Source: Isurus oxyrinchus (lineage: Eukaryota). From it: a stretch of 64,000 nucleotides of DNA. Position numbers and translations under genes: made by a program. The stretch covers positions 167,214,001-167,278,000 of the forward strand of contig JANJGN010000009.1 in the NCBI GenBank assembly GCA_026770705.1. The letters run 5' to 3'. The notes beneath the pieces were generated by a model that saw only the letters and a program-made list of their open reading frames with translations, did not search any database and had not been told where the DNA came from. Shown piece after piece: positions 34,601 to 47,002 of this stretch. Every line of letters starts with the position of its first letter. The first letter of the stretch is position 1.

Positions 34601-37600
34601 CTTCCTTAATAAGTGCCCATCCTTTGCACAAGTCCTCATTTGAAATCGCTCCCAAAAGGTTTTCATCCTGCTATAGCACCAAAACTTCCCTATGAAACTG
34701 TCACAAATGAGGTCCACCATGGTTGTAATGCCTTATCCCTCCTTGTCTCCTCTGGAACCATTTGAGACAGTCAGCCTCATCCTTCTCCTCCAACTGTATT
34801 CTGTTGTCCAGCTCCATGAGACTTATGCTTGGTTGCACACTTACCAACACAACTAAAGTCAAAGAATTGGCAGCAATGGCTTTTCTTTCTATACCCGCTT
34901 CACTACAACTAGGAGTTTCCTGGCATCTATTCTTGGACCTCTGCTCTTCTTCACTACATGTTGCCCTTAGCAAATCATCCAGGCACAAGATTAGCAACAC
35001 TTGTATGCTGATAATGCTCGGTTCTACCACTCAACGGCCATTCTCAATCTGCCCATGGCCTCGCCCCTCTCCATCTCTTTAATTTTCCTGCTTTACAACC
35101 CTCCGATACATCCATGCTCTAATTCTGGCCTCTTGAGCATCCGTATTTAATTGCTCTGCTATTGGTAGCCGTGCTTCAGCTGCCTAGGTTCTAAGCCCTG
35201 GAATTCCCTCTCTAGCCTCTTCAATCGCTCTTTCCTCCTTAAAGCCTAACTCTTTGATCAAACTTTTGGCCATCTACCTTTGCATTTCATGCGGCCCCAT
35301 GTCAAATTTTGTTTCCTAAATGCTCCTGTAAAGCATCTCGAAACATCTGATTACATCAAAGGGACTATATAAATACAAGGTGTTGCAGGCTCAGTGTTGT
35401 CATATGCATGTCCAACATCCTGGGCTTCCACCCCCCACCCTCCAGAAACTTCAACTCTTCCAAAAACCCAACTGCCCACATTCTTTTCCCTCATGCCTCA
35501 ATTCCCACTTATCACCCTGCCGTTGTTGACCTACATTGATTAAATCAATTTAAGTACTCACTGATGGACTTAAATCTCTTCATGGTCTTGCCCCTCCCTA
35601 GCAATGTAACCACTTCAAGCTCTAAAACAGCCAGGTTCAACCTCTTGTGACTCTGCTCTTTTCTCCCGCCCTTCACCTCACCGCTGGTAGCCATGCCTTC
35701 AGCCATTTAGGCCTCATGTTCCGTAATTTGCTCCCTTAATCTTCCATCTTCCAACATCTCTCTCCTCCTTTGAACCCCACCTGAAAATCAAGATTTTCAG
35801 CCAAACATCACCCCTCCTAGTGTCTCCTTCGTTGCCTTTGCATTCACCTTGTCGTTACACTCTGGAGCACCTGGGGACATTTGTTATACATCAAGAACGC
35901 TATAACAATGTAAGGTGGTTGCAATTATGCAGTTAAACAACATGGCTTTAGAATGTTTGTAGGGAATATAAAATATCTATCCAACACACCTAACCCAATA
36001 ACACAACCTGTTTTCTTTCAAACCCAGCCACCCCAGAAACATCTTCCACAATCACTCACTGGTTGGTGTCTGAGGCGTCCTTGGTAAATCAAGTTCTGTT
36101 GGATGAGTGCTTCTTGATATTATCATGGGCTCCTCAACTACGTTAATACTGTTACACTGCATGATCTCCTGGAGAAGGTTAAAAATCTCCTCAGCACGTG
36201 CACACTTGAAGGCAAAAATGCCTGCAAAATAAGTAATAATTAATCAGTTATTACACAAAAATTGTGAAAATCCAAAGTCCTGAAAAAGGTGTCAAGGAAT
36301 AGATTACTTTGAGATTTTACTCAAAGAAATCCAAGACCACTTTGATTGCCAGATCTCAAATGGTGAACCAATCAATAGCTTTTATCAAATTATTTAATTT
36401 CATGCAGCATAAAATCTTAGCTTACCCAATATTCAGGATCAAGAATAGATGCATGCATCAAACACTGCCTTCAAGTGCTACGGGAATAAAATCGGCTCAT
36501 AGTTCTACTGACATTCAGTGTGATCACTTGCTGTATTTTCCTGCTGCAAGATAAATCAGTGCTACAAGCTTTCCAGCAGTTACCTCTAGCAAGCAGTAGG
36601 TGGTGCACAGCAACTATTAATTTGAAAGCTCCCAAAATCGATTGATTTGTAATTTAATTTTGTAATTTTGATTTGGCCTGTAATTTAAACTATTGACTAA
36701 AGAAAATAGAAACATCTCACGTAAATAGGGATCTTTCCACAATTTAACAGTATGCATTTTATAAATATTGTGTTGAATACCGTGGGTGTACCTACACCAC
36801 ATGGAGGCTCAAGAAGGCAGCTCACCGTCACCTTCTCAAAAGCAATTAGGGATAGGCAATAAGTGCTACCCTAGCCAGCAGTGCCCACATCCCATGAATG
36901 AATAAAAAAAAAGTGTATTTACAACATATTGAATGGTAATAGCACAGAAGGAGGCCGTTCAGTCTGTTGCATCCCAGCTGGCTTTTTGCAAGGGAAACTT
37001 AGCTAGTCTCACTCCCTATTCGGCCCAAAATATCTATCCAGTGATTAAGCTCTACTCCTAACTCCTCCTCCCTTGCTTCATCTAACCTTATCAGAGTGAT
37101 GTTCTATTCTTTTCTTCCACCTGTTCCCATCTAACTTTCCCTAAAATGTATCCCCTTAAATAATTAATCATGTTGCTCTGCAATATCAAACAACCACCAC
37201 CTGCTGGATTTTATTAGCAGCCAAAGAAAAAAAAATTGTTTTTCCTGGACAAGCATCAAGCACTTTTTCCTCTGTTTTGCCTTGACTTTCTGAAGAGGCA
37301 GCTTGGCTAGTTGTGGGGCGAAAGGTGTTAGGTAGGCCTGATCATATATCTTTTCTTGGGGTTTTCTTTTTGCAGATTTGTTTGTCAGAATTGATGAGAT
37401 GTGCTCAACTCACTTTGGAAGTTAAGTGTATTTATGAAGAAATTTGCCTCACACACTAAATGAGATAAGAGTTTAATGTAGGGTAGATTGCATATTGTGC
37501 ACTGATGGTTCAAACATTTGTTCCTCAGCAATTTTCTTTAAACAGAAGTTGGATCTTCGACTCCCATATTTGTTGGTTATACTAAAGAATGACTTAATAC

Positions 37601-40600
37601 ATGTCTGCCTCACTTTCCACCAAGCTAGGTGAAACAGCTACTTATAAATGGCAGTTAAGTTTAAGTGGCAGATAACCCATGCTTAGTCTTCCAAACTGAA
37701 ATGCCTAATTTTAGGTTTCAGGACTTTTGCTCGTGTTTTGGGATTACACTTGACAATTTAATTGATTTTTTCATTAAAAAAAGACCTAAAGCCCTTTCTA
37801 CAACGTACGAAGGTGCAACTATTTCCTGTAACTGACTTTAACTGGGGGTTTGGGGATTGTGTTCTGCTCTTCCAAAGGTTTCTTTTAAACAAAAGCCACT
37901 GGCCTGAATTATACAGGATTTATTTAGTGCATTTACATAAAAGAATGAAGAGCTTCTGTAATATTACTAAACAGTTCCAGGGACAATTCAAAAGCTAACC
38001 TTGCCCAGTCTGACACCTTCTTCCACTCTCAAATGAGAAGAGATTCGAGTCGTAACCATAGCGACGCAGACAGAGGTACGGCCATCTCACAGCATCTCGC
38101 TTCCTGGTGTGCAAAATCAACTCAGAGTTGGTCAGTTCCATGATCCCAGAGCCCAGTTCATTACCATCATCATCTACATTTGTCACCTGTGGGAGAGAGT
38201 ACCATTTTAAAGATGTGCTGTAAATTATGGTATGCTTTATTTATTCTTTCTATACATGTAGTCAGTGTTCATTTATATGCTTATAATAACCAGATTTACC
38301 TCTCCACCATCTCCCTTGGTCCCATATGTTGTGCTGTACTAAGCCATTCAAATGCTTATCCAACATCAAGTTGCGTATGAGCCAAAACTTTCTGTAGCTA
38401 AACAAACAAAACCAAAGCCTTTCTACAAACTTCTGCACCAGAGCCCATGAAGCCAACCCTGTCCAAGATGCCCATTCAAGTTGAATCCAAATGTGCAATC
38501 TTGGTGCATTCCCAAGGCAATGCATCGACCAGAGTCGACTTGCCTTTTTTGAATTTGAACAAAAGCTTGAGAGATAACTATTCTGTGGTGAATTCTCCAT
38601 GGCAACATCTCAACCAGAGTGCACTTGCCAACCAATCAACACCTTTTTCCTCATGTAGTATAAATTGTTCCCTGGAAACTTTGTATTCTTGCATCTGTCC
38701 TGATGAGTGCAAAATGAAAAGCTTCAGCAGCATTCTCTTTTCAGCAATACTCAATTTCTATACCACTAAGTGACTGTCTTCCAGAGCTTCACTGTTGTAT
38801 CTTTCACTGCATAAAGTTTGGCTCCATATATGGCCTGTCCTTATCAAGCACCACTGTTATCCCATTCCATGGTAAATGGTTTCAAAAATATTGTTCATGT
38901 TTACATATCATTTCACGGCCTTGCTCCTCCCCACAAAAAGACACCACAACGTTATGTCACTTCTTGCATCCTCTAATCATCCCATTCTGTCTTCTGTATG
39001 TTCTCCAGCTCTACTGTCAGTGGCAGGGCCTTCATCCATCTTGCAGTCACACTCTAGATTTATATACCTAAAACTCATTGAAAAGCCACTTTAAAAACAG
39101 GCCTTTTCATCACACTTTTAGAGGCAGCTCCTAGTTTCCCTGCTACTCATTTTCAACACTGCTTCCTAATTGTAAGGCAGTTTTCTACATTAGAAACATT
39201 GTAAAATCAAGGTCAGTCAGTGATGAAAAGGGCAGGACTCAATCCCCAAAGGAAGCAGACCTCAAAGATCTAGTGATCTTTATGGTGTAGATCATCTTTC
39301 CACATGTTAATTTTATTCTGGCACTATCTATAGGAGACCTCTGGCATCTATAGGAAATATCTTAGATCCAGCAACACTATCATTAAGCAGGCTCACAGAC
39401 AGCACACCAGGAGGTAAAAAAAAACACCAATTCCCCTTCACTTCTTAATCATTTCACAGGCGAATGAAATAGAGATTAAGATATAGGCATGGGATTAGGA
39501 TTGAGCCTGAAATGCTATTAACAAACTTTAAAAATCTATGAACTTTATCTTAATGGAGAAAATTTACATTTAATATAAAATTACATTTTTCAGGGTCAGA
39601 GGGTTTTTAAGCAGTAATTATGATGCAGCATGCTGTGAAAACCCAGTGAAACCTCATTCAACGAGCCATAACTTTGTCAAGGATTTTTACAGCGCAACTA
39701 CTAGTGTAAAAAGTGGAATTTCATGTCAATCAATGAGTTCTAGATGTTCCTATCTGTGAGGACTTCAACAGCATGCAGTGGACAGGGGTGATCAAATCAC
39801 TGACAGCAACTTCTGGATTTTCACATTAAATGGTGTACTTGCAGACACCAAAGGGCTGTCAGTTTCAGATAAAATGTTGACAGTTTCACCATCATTACAG
39901 CTGCAAAATCCAAGCCATTATATCAGGTATCCAAACCACAGCATTTTTACAATTCTGCTTCAGTCATGTTGGCATCACAGACTAACATCTGTATTCCACC
40001 AACATGCTTATAGGAATGTGGATAATAATGTGATAATGACCAGATAATCTGTATGTGATGTTGATTGAGGGATAGGTATTGGCCAGGATACTAGGGATAA
40101 CTCCCCTGCACTTCTTTTGAGATAATGCCCTGGGATCATTCACATCCACCTGAACAGGCAGATGGGGCCTCGGTTTAATGTCTCATCCAAAAGACAGCAC
40201 CTCCAACAATGTAGCACTCCCTCATTACACATGCTCGAGTCCTGGAGTGGGACTTGAACCAAGAACCTTGGTGATTCAGAAACAAGAGAGAGTGCTACCA
40301 ACTGAGCCAAAGCGACTCAATGCCCAGGCAACTCAGCTCTATTTTGTCCTTGCTAATTTGCCTCTATTGCACATCTTCAGTTACATGAAATTCAAAGTCC
40401 TCAATTAATGGTGTCCTGATTTGGTGTGTTCTGATTTGATATTTATCCAAGTTAGGTTAATATTCACAAGTTCAACTCTATGCAAAAACAGAACAAAATT
40501 TCAGGATTTGTACCTAAGCGGCCCACGTAAACAAAAAGCTTGGGCTTTTCAACATTATATAAAGTTAAATTGCTATTCTTATTGTGAATAGGGAAAATAT

Positions 40601-40777
40601 TAAGAACTGCTTTGGCTTTTACAAAAAGCATTTCCTTCAACGGAGGAAGGTTTCAATTAATTACAGCCAAACAATCTCATTGTTTGGGTTATGGAAAGTG
40701 AAAAATGTTACCTTGAATTTGGTTGGGTGGTTGTCTGAGATTGTGTCTTTATCCAGACAGCTCCAGCAGCTCCCCAT
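30692..40777 (-). CDS. frs3: Fibroblast growth factor receptor substrate 3 (FRS2beta/SNT-2), 5 coding exons, 1536 nt, 511 aa
   Basis: Exons 40712-40777, 38000-38186, 36060-36221, 33086-33252, 30692-31645, all GT-AG and in frame. Myristoylation N-terminus, IRS-type PTB domain, YxN Grb2 sites, LNYIQV/FYAVID Shp2 sites, C-terminus RKTRHNSTDLPL. DNHPTKFK, WPYLCLRRYG, the STDLPL ending and adjacency to PGC favour FRS3 over FRS2. Confidence 0.9.
33086..33252 (-). CDS. frs3: frs3 coding exon 4 (PGFAVPGFPNGFPCYPPMGDGSSHPSTRHPSIGSTRLSSVGEDSTHPLIVGGDDQ)
   Basis: 167 nt, acceptor ctttttcag|CT, donor CAG|gtgcgt; SHPS.RHPS.GS.RL.SVGE.STHPL motif of FRS2/3. Confidence 0.92.
33930..35385 (+). mobile_element. 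Degenerate L2 LINE in a frs3 intron; another L2 3' piece follows at ~35440-35920
   Basis: Pyrimidine-rich, relic SLDxIPTKLL motif at ~34390-34420, L2-type tail ending GACTATATAAATACAAGGTGTTG. Confidence 0.65.
36060..36221 (-). CDS. frs3: frs3 coding exon 3 (IFAFKCARAEEIFNLLQEIMQCNSINVVEEP...PRTPQTPT)
   Basis: 162 nt, acceptor attttgcag|GC, donor A|gtgagt; C-terminal helix of the PTB domain. Not in the ORF track. Confidence 0.95.
38000..38186 (-). CDS. frs3: frs3 coding exon 2, PTB domain (VTNVDDDGNELGSG...ESGRRCQTGQ)
   Basis: 187 nt, acceptor ctctcccacag|GTG, donor G|gttagc; RRYGYDSNLFSFESGRRCQTG signature. Confidence 0.97.
38395..38751 (+). mobile_element. Penelope-like pLTR copy with minimal hammerhead motif
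   Basis: Aligns to the reverse complement of 17043-17300 (ATTCTCCATGGCAA, CCAATCA, TGTCCTGATGAGTG..GAAAAGC, TTTCAGCAATACT); TATAAA at 38659-38664. Confidence 0.75.
40025..40315 (-). mobile_element. Deu-domain SINE
   Basis: Reverse complement shows a tRNA head (TGGCTCAGTTGGTAGCAC..GGTTCAAGTCCC) and the Deu core TTTTGGATGAGACATTAAACCGAGGCCCC. Confidence 0.72.
40712..40777 (-). CDS. frs3: frs3 coding exon 1 (MGSCWSCLDKDTISDNHPTKFK); the exon begins at 40800 with 23 nt of 5'UTR
   Basis: Strong Kozak context GAAGCCATGG, donor AAG|gtaaca, upstream acceptor ttttatttag|AGA at 40800, so non-coding exons must lie further upstream. Confidence 0.95.
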
Positions 40778-43700
40778 GGCTTCAGCAGACCAGCTGATCT
40801 CTAAATAAAACAAATTAATGCACACAATTCAGCTCTGGAGCTCCACTCCATTGTAGAAATGTGTCAATACAAAAAAAGTTAACTGTTGAAGTACCAAATA
40901 TAGATTTCCTGTACAAGCTCCACTTTATTCAATATGGTAAAAGATTAGTCATTAAGTTCTTCTACATTATAATGCAATTAATAATTATGTGAAAAATCTA
41001 TTTTGCCCAGCAGAGTTTTACAATACCTAATAAGCATTCTCTTTAATACAAAGATTTCTCCCATTTTTCTGGCTGAGACAGACAAATGACCCACACCCTG
41101 TCTTCTTCCAATGGTGCTCTGCAATGCGCTACCAAGAGATATTATGGACCTCAAATTCCCCAAACCAAAATTTCTCTTCAGTATGCCTCAAAAGCCTCCC
41201 GCAAGGTTCATCCCTGTGAGTCACTATTGAACAATCCTCTCTTCTACTCACTAATGAACACCTCCCCCAATTGAGTGGTTAAAGGAACAGAGATGAGATG
41301 CTTTAATACTCCACATTGAAGCAGTAATGCAAAACAATTCGCTTTAAAATATACACACAATCTCCTTTATCATTCAAATGTTCATTGTTTACACAATTAT
41401 AGATCATAACGGTTAATTGAAATGTAGAGTTATTTTCCAACTTCCAACCTTAAACATTCATTTGGTGTTTTACCTCTGATGTTTACACTCTCATCCATTC
41501 ACAGGACCTCAAAACTATAGAAGTTAGCCTTTCCTTCCTCCTATCTACAGCCTTGTAAAACCTTAACTGGATATCAACTAACTGCCAATTCTTATTATCT
41601 CGTTTCTTGGTGACCATTTTAAAAGAGCAGTACTAAAGAAACTTCTGCAGCACTTTATCAAACATGGATTTCAACTATGCTTTGGGACATCCTGAAAAGT
41701 TGCTATAAAAATGCAAGTTCTTTGCTGCTTGACAATTTAATTTATAAATGCCTTTGTTTAAAAATGATGAGCATGCCATGTTTCAAAAAAATGAGTCTTA
41801 TGTTTTGGGTGCTCTAAAAGGGATATTTTATTTTCTAATCCAGTTTGCATATTTAAGCATTAATTCCCACTAATGTAAGAAATGTACCATAGCCGTTACA
41901 TAGTCAAAGCACACAAACTAAACAAAAATACACAAAATGCCAATTGCTCTGGGAGGAATTATAGCTGTATGGAACTCCTTGTTATTTAGAGCCTGCTGGT
42001 ACATTACCATACAGGAGTGCAAATTTGCAGTCCATACAGACTGCAATGCTGTAACTTGTCAATGGTCACATTCCATTCCATTTACAAGATGTTCAGCACG
42101 GTTTATATAAAAAAAAAATTCTTAGGAGCTTATGTCAAAAGGCATGAAAAGTCCAACTGCACGACTTGAATATATAGTCTAGGTTTCAATTCAGTGCGGT
42201 ACTGAGGGAAGACTCCATTGTCATTGGTGCCATTATTTAGACGTTTAGATATGTTAAGCCAAGGCCCTGTCTCTCTATTCAGGTAAATACTAAAGATTCC
42301 AAGGTACTATTTGAAGAAAATCATATAACTTTCCCAGTTTCCTGGCCAACATGCATTCAAGCAACATCACCGAAAAGAAAACAGATTAGTGGTTTGTGGG
42401 ATCTTTTGTGCACAAATTGACTGCTGAAATTACTTACATAATAACAGTAACAACACTTCAAAATGTAATTGGTGCAAAGTACTTTAGTTTTTTTTTGAAA
42501 TAAAGAGGACTACATAAATTCTATTTGCTTTTCAAAAAAAAGTGTGACAACAAAAAGAGGCCAGGTCATCACTCACCCACTTACTTCTGCACACCTCTGT
42601 AGAAGCTGGTACTGGGTGATAAATAGTGTGGATTTGTGGATTGTACTGTCCATTCTTACCTAGTCTTGGCCATTAGTGGGAAAGCTGCCTAGTCTCAGTT
42701 CCAGGTGCCTCTGCTTGGGGTCATGGTAAACAAACTCAAGCCATGATCGAGCACTTGTGTCTTTAACCTAAAGTAAAGTATTACAGTGATATAATTATAT
42801 GGCCAGATATCATTCCTACCAAAGATATTTAATGTGAAGACATTAATCTCAAAACAATTTTCTACAGTAGGTACAGACCTTCATACTTACAAAAGTGTAT
42901 TATAAATAGCAGTAACTTTTTCAACTGCCTATTCTGCTGTGAACATTTATAGCAAATATCAGTGAATATCAGATAATGAACTGCAGCGAAAACACTGCCA
43001 AACCCAATGCTATCCTCATCCAATGTCTACAATGTGTATGTTACCTTCTAATCAGAGTCACTCAGCAATAAAGGACAGCAATTCAATTGATATTTTCCTT
43101 TCCTTGGGCACTGAGTGCAATTGTCGTACAGAGCATTTGTTTATGCTATAAGCCACAAGCTGGATGGGGTGGGGGAGGTGGGGATTGGAAGGGGCTCAAT
43201 GTATTTGAATGAAAATCCCTACTGACTCTGGAACACAAATTAAGATCATTGGGGTCTACTTAAAAAAATACACTGTCCAATTCTGTCATGGGTTTTCAGT
43301 ACAGTATTGTGAATACTCAAAAAGGTTTGCCAGAGCCCTCTGCAAATTACAGACAACGCTGAACACTTCAAGTATTGCTATGATAGCACTTTTAAAAAAG
43401 AACTCAACAATACAACATACAGAAAATCCTGGAGTGAGTTAACAGCTGCAACATAATCTCAGTGCTCTAACATTTAGAAACCTATTAAGCATTTCTTCCT
43501 AAGTGCATATCAAATGCCAATTGAAAATTCACCCTCTAACATTGATTAGTTAACAGTGTGTGGTGTTAAAAGTACCAATGACATTAACACCTTTAGATCT
43601 GGAGTTAATGCATTTTGGTAGAATGCACTTGTGATTTTTCATTAAATCACTGTTTACCACAAACAAGAGATTTTACAGTTTTTAACTGGGAGGCAGGGGT

Positions 43701-44752
43701 CTGAATTTAGGGTACATTTCTCTAAAAAAAGGCAAGTCCCAAAAAAATGAAAGGAGTTGAAAGCAAAGAATAAACATTTTGTTTACTGTACTGTTATCAC
43801 TGTTCTCCTGTATCTTCTATGGAGGTTTTACAGAGCAGATTTAAGTCATTCCAATTTCTTTCAACTTGTTCTTGCTTTTTAACATATTAAAATATAGTAT
43901 TCCCATTGAGATGATGCATTTAGCATAATTCCAGACAAGTAAATACCAAGACATAAATGGTTCACATACTGTAATTTGCAAAGCAGGTTGACACCACATA
44001 GTGATACCCTGTCCGAACCACGGTACTCTTAGAAGTTTAGTATTGGTCTTCGCCAGAATGATGAGCAGAGGTACCCCAAGCAGAAATGCAATTTTACAGG
44101 GAGAAATCAGCAGAGTAAAACAGCGTTGCTCAAACTCATCAATATGGAACAATTAAAGAATTATGCTGTGAATCCAAGAAACAGCTTGCTGCTTGGCTTC
44201 TTGGTCAAGCATGGGAGTGGCACAGGGCTAATACACACAAAATACATGAAAAAAATAGCAGAAAATAAGGAGAGCAATCAGCATTGTGGTGCAGTGAGTC
44301 GTGGGATGTGGGACTTAGATCACTCTGGAAGAGGAGACCGGAAGAAAAATCAGAGACCATGATATCATCAAACCACTCTCTAGAATGTCCTTGAGGCTGG
44401 TCCACATTGGCAATGGCAGAACCTCAGCAGACCAGCTACCCACCCTCTCAACCACAGTCAATATGTGGCCAGGAAACAATGCAAATGGAGAAAAAAAACT
44501 CTGGGGAAAAAAAAGTATCAGCAGATTTGGATGATGAATGGCTAAAGTGTTTCACTCAAGTTCAGCAAAATTAATGCTTTACCATAAACACTGTCATGCA
44601 ACCAGCACAGTGTCACAGAAGGTTCACTAACAGAAAAGATTACATGTCACAAACATAAATCAGATCACACAAACTTTAAATTTAATCTACAGAGAATGAG
44701 AAATAAAAACACTTCAGCCTCCTAAAGAGGTTATTTCTTCTCAGCATGTTGA

Positions 44753-45607
44753 TGTTACAATCCTTGGCCAGGCCCAGGGATGTCGGGGGACAATCCAGTT
44801 ATAGACCATAATGTTTTATTTAAAGTAGATAAAGCTCAAGTTCAAGACACCTGCTTTTGGAATAAAGCCATAAGATTCCACCAGTTTTGAACCAACAAAA
44901 ACAAGCTTTACCATACAAGTTCAGAAAGATAAAATAACTTACAAATCTGTCTTATACTCTAACTCAGGGTAAGCATGAGGTACATGTGTGAATTAACAGA
45001 AACTGTGGTCAGACACACACTACAGGGTAAATGACAGATGCAAACAACAGATTCATGGATTTCTCAACAAACCAGCCAGACGTCAACCAATCTCACTGAA
45101 ACTTTATCTTTCTAATGAGGGTTTCCAACTCCATCTTTGAAGATTCTGCCTTGGAATTCTCTCCAAACGTCACTCCCACTCAAGTTGGTTGAACAATGGC
45201 CCACCTCACAGGATTTCAATCCCCCCCTTTCAAGATTCCTTCTCCCTGGATCCCCAAGTGCACTTAACACTAGCTTATAATCATGCTTCCGGATCTATGG
45301 CCATGCCAAGCAGAAAACCACTGCTCCAAAGGGGCACCTTTGCCCCATGATCCTCTTTACTTAAAGTCTGCTCCCAGCAGGCCTTTTGCTAACTTTTCAA
45401 CTCCACTGGGACCTCTGCCTGTCCCTGTATAAGTGGCACTTGTTGACTGGCTGACTCCCCCAAACTGACTACCTCGATACGAGCTGTTCGCTGACCCTTG
45501 AATTGATCTGGTGACCTATCAAACATGTCTAGAGGGTCCCACCCTTGTTACTAGGCAAGGAACTGGTCTAACAGGATTTGGAACATCCTGTACCTTTAAA
45601 TGTTACA
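44753..45607. mobile_element. LTR-like dispersed repeat, copy 1 (probable solo LTR)
   Basis: ~855 bp, TG...CA termini, colinear with 62448-63313 (shared blocks TTCAAGACACCTGCTTTTGGAATAAA, CAGGGTAAGCATGAGGT, GAGGGTCCCACCCTTGTTACTA). No clear TSD. Confidence 0.7.
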
Positions 45608-47002
45608 ATCCCCACAGGCTGCTAATTTAGCACCCAGGGACACAGATCAGTGCATTTCATGACACTGGGATGCAGATGAAATATAGAGCTGAGTTCAACA
45701 AGATATTTCTACTGTTCGATGAAGTGGAGCCACTAACAAATGAGGAGAACTGTACCTCAGTGCTGACTATAACAGATGTCAGTTCTCCAATTTCTACAAT
45801 ACTTTCAACACAAACACTAAGTTACTAAAGTAGTGTAGGCTCATTACCCAGCCCAATGTTTTTAAACGCAGCACTGAACTCTTGGGAATTTGCATTCCCA
45901 CATGACCAGGACAATTTATATTATCGCTTTTTCTTACTGCAAGTCCTTAACGAGAGGAAGTCTGTTAAAACCTAATCAAGTGAGTTACGCCAGTGCTAAT
46001 GGACCATATACATATTCATGAATGGCTTCCATTTGGAAAGAAATTATGAATCTGAGTAGTCGGTTGGTTCTGATGTTAATCAGAAATGGCTTTAAAAAAA
46101 AAGTGTCTCTGGATCAAAATCTTGGAACTTCCTCCATAAACTCCCTCCCAAACAGCACTGTGGGCCACATGGTCTGCAACGGCTCACCAACACCTTCTCA
46201 AGGGCAATTAGGATCAGCAATAAATTCTGGCTTCGTCCGTGACACTCTCATCCCATGAATGAATTTTTAACAATATTTAGGTTCATATGCATAGACAGAA
46301 AATGCTGGTTTCCAGTAACTATTTTAACAATGGAATCGAAACCTGGAAAAGCAAAGGATCACTGACAATATAGCCTTTAAGTTGCATGGACAAGCAGCAT
46401 CCCAAAACATCCCATGCATAAGTCAGCCCTTTTAAGTTACCATAGTCACACAATTTAAAGAACCCACGCACTTAAACATCTTGGTCATGCACTACAGAAG
46501 AAAAAAAAAATCAGAGACTATATTGGTCACTGATCAAAATAGTTCTCACGTGGGCCCACCCCTGAAAGATAAAGCGACCTATTCCATCCACAGATGCTGC
46601 CTAATCGGAGTGTTTCCAACATTTCTTCTTTCTTCCAGCATTACTTTATCTTTAGTTATACTCAATGGTTGATCAATTTGTGTTAAAATCTAATTAAATA
46701 TTTTTCCATACTTCAGTAAATTTATCTACTGGAGCCAGACATTGAGTTTCCAAGCATGCCTTTTTGAATATGGTGTGTGAAGTTCCTTACCCTTTTCCAT
46801 AACTCTTCTGTAACAAAGCAGCATAAAAAAGGTCTTCAATTTATTTTCTGGAGTCACAGACAAAAAACTTTTACAGCGTGCTGTGACTAGGATTTCAGTT
46901 AAGTGTAATGATGATGGGTGTGAATAATTCTGGTTCCCCTGAATTGTGGAAATACCCAAACAGTGCAATTACAGATTGTTACTCTTCCAAATGGGCTGTG
47001 CT

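Noticed and set aside
30692-40777. Calling the adaptor FRS2
   Set aside because: The C-terminal half is FRS2-like, but DNHPTKFK, WPYLCL, IFNLLQ, KKTxAM, terminal STDLPL and PGC adjacency favour FRS3.
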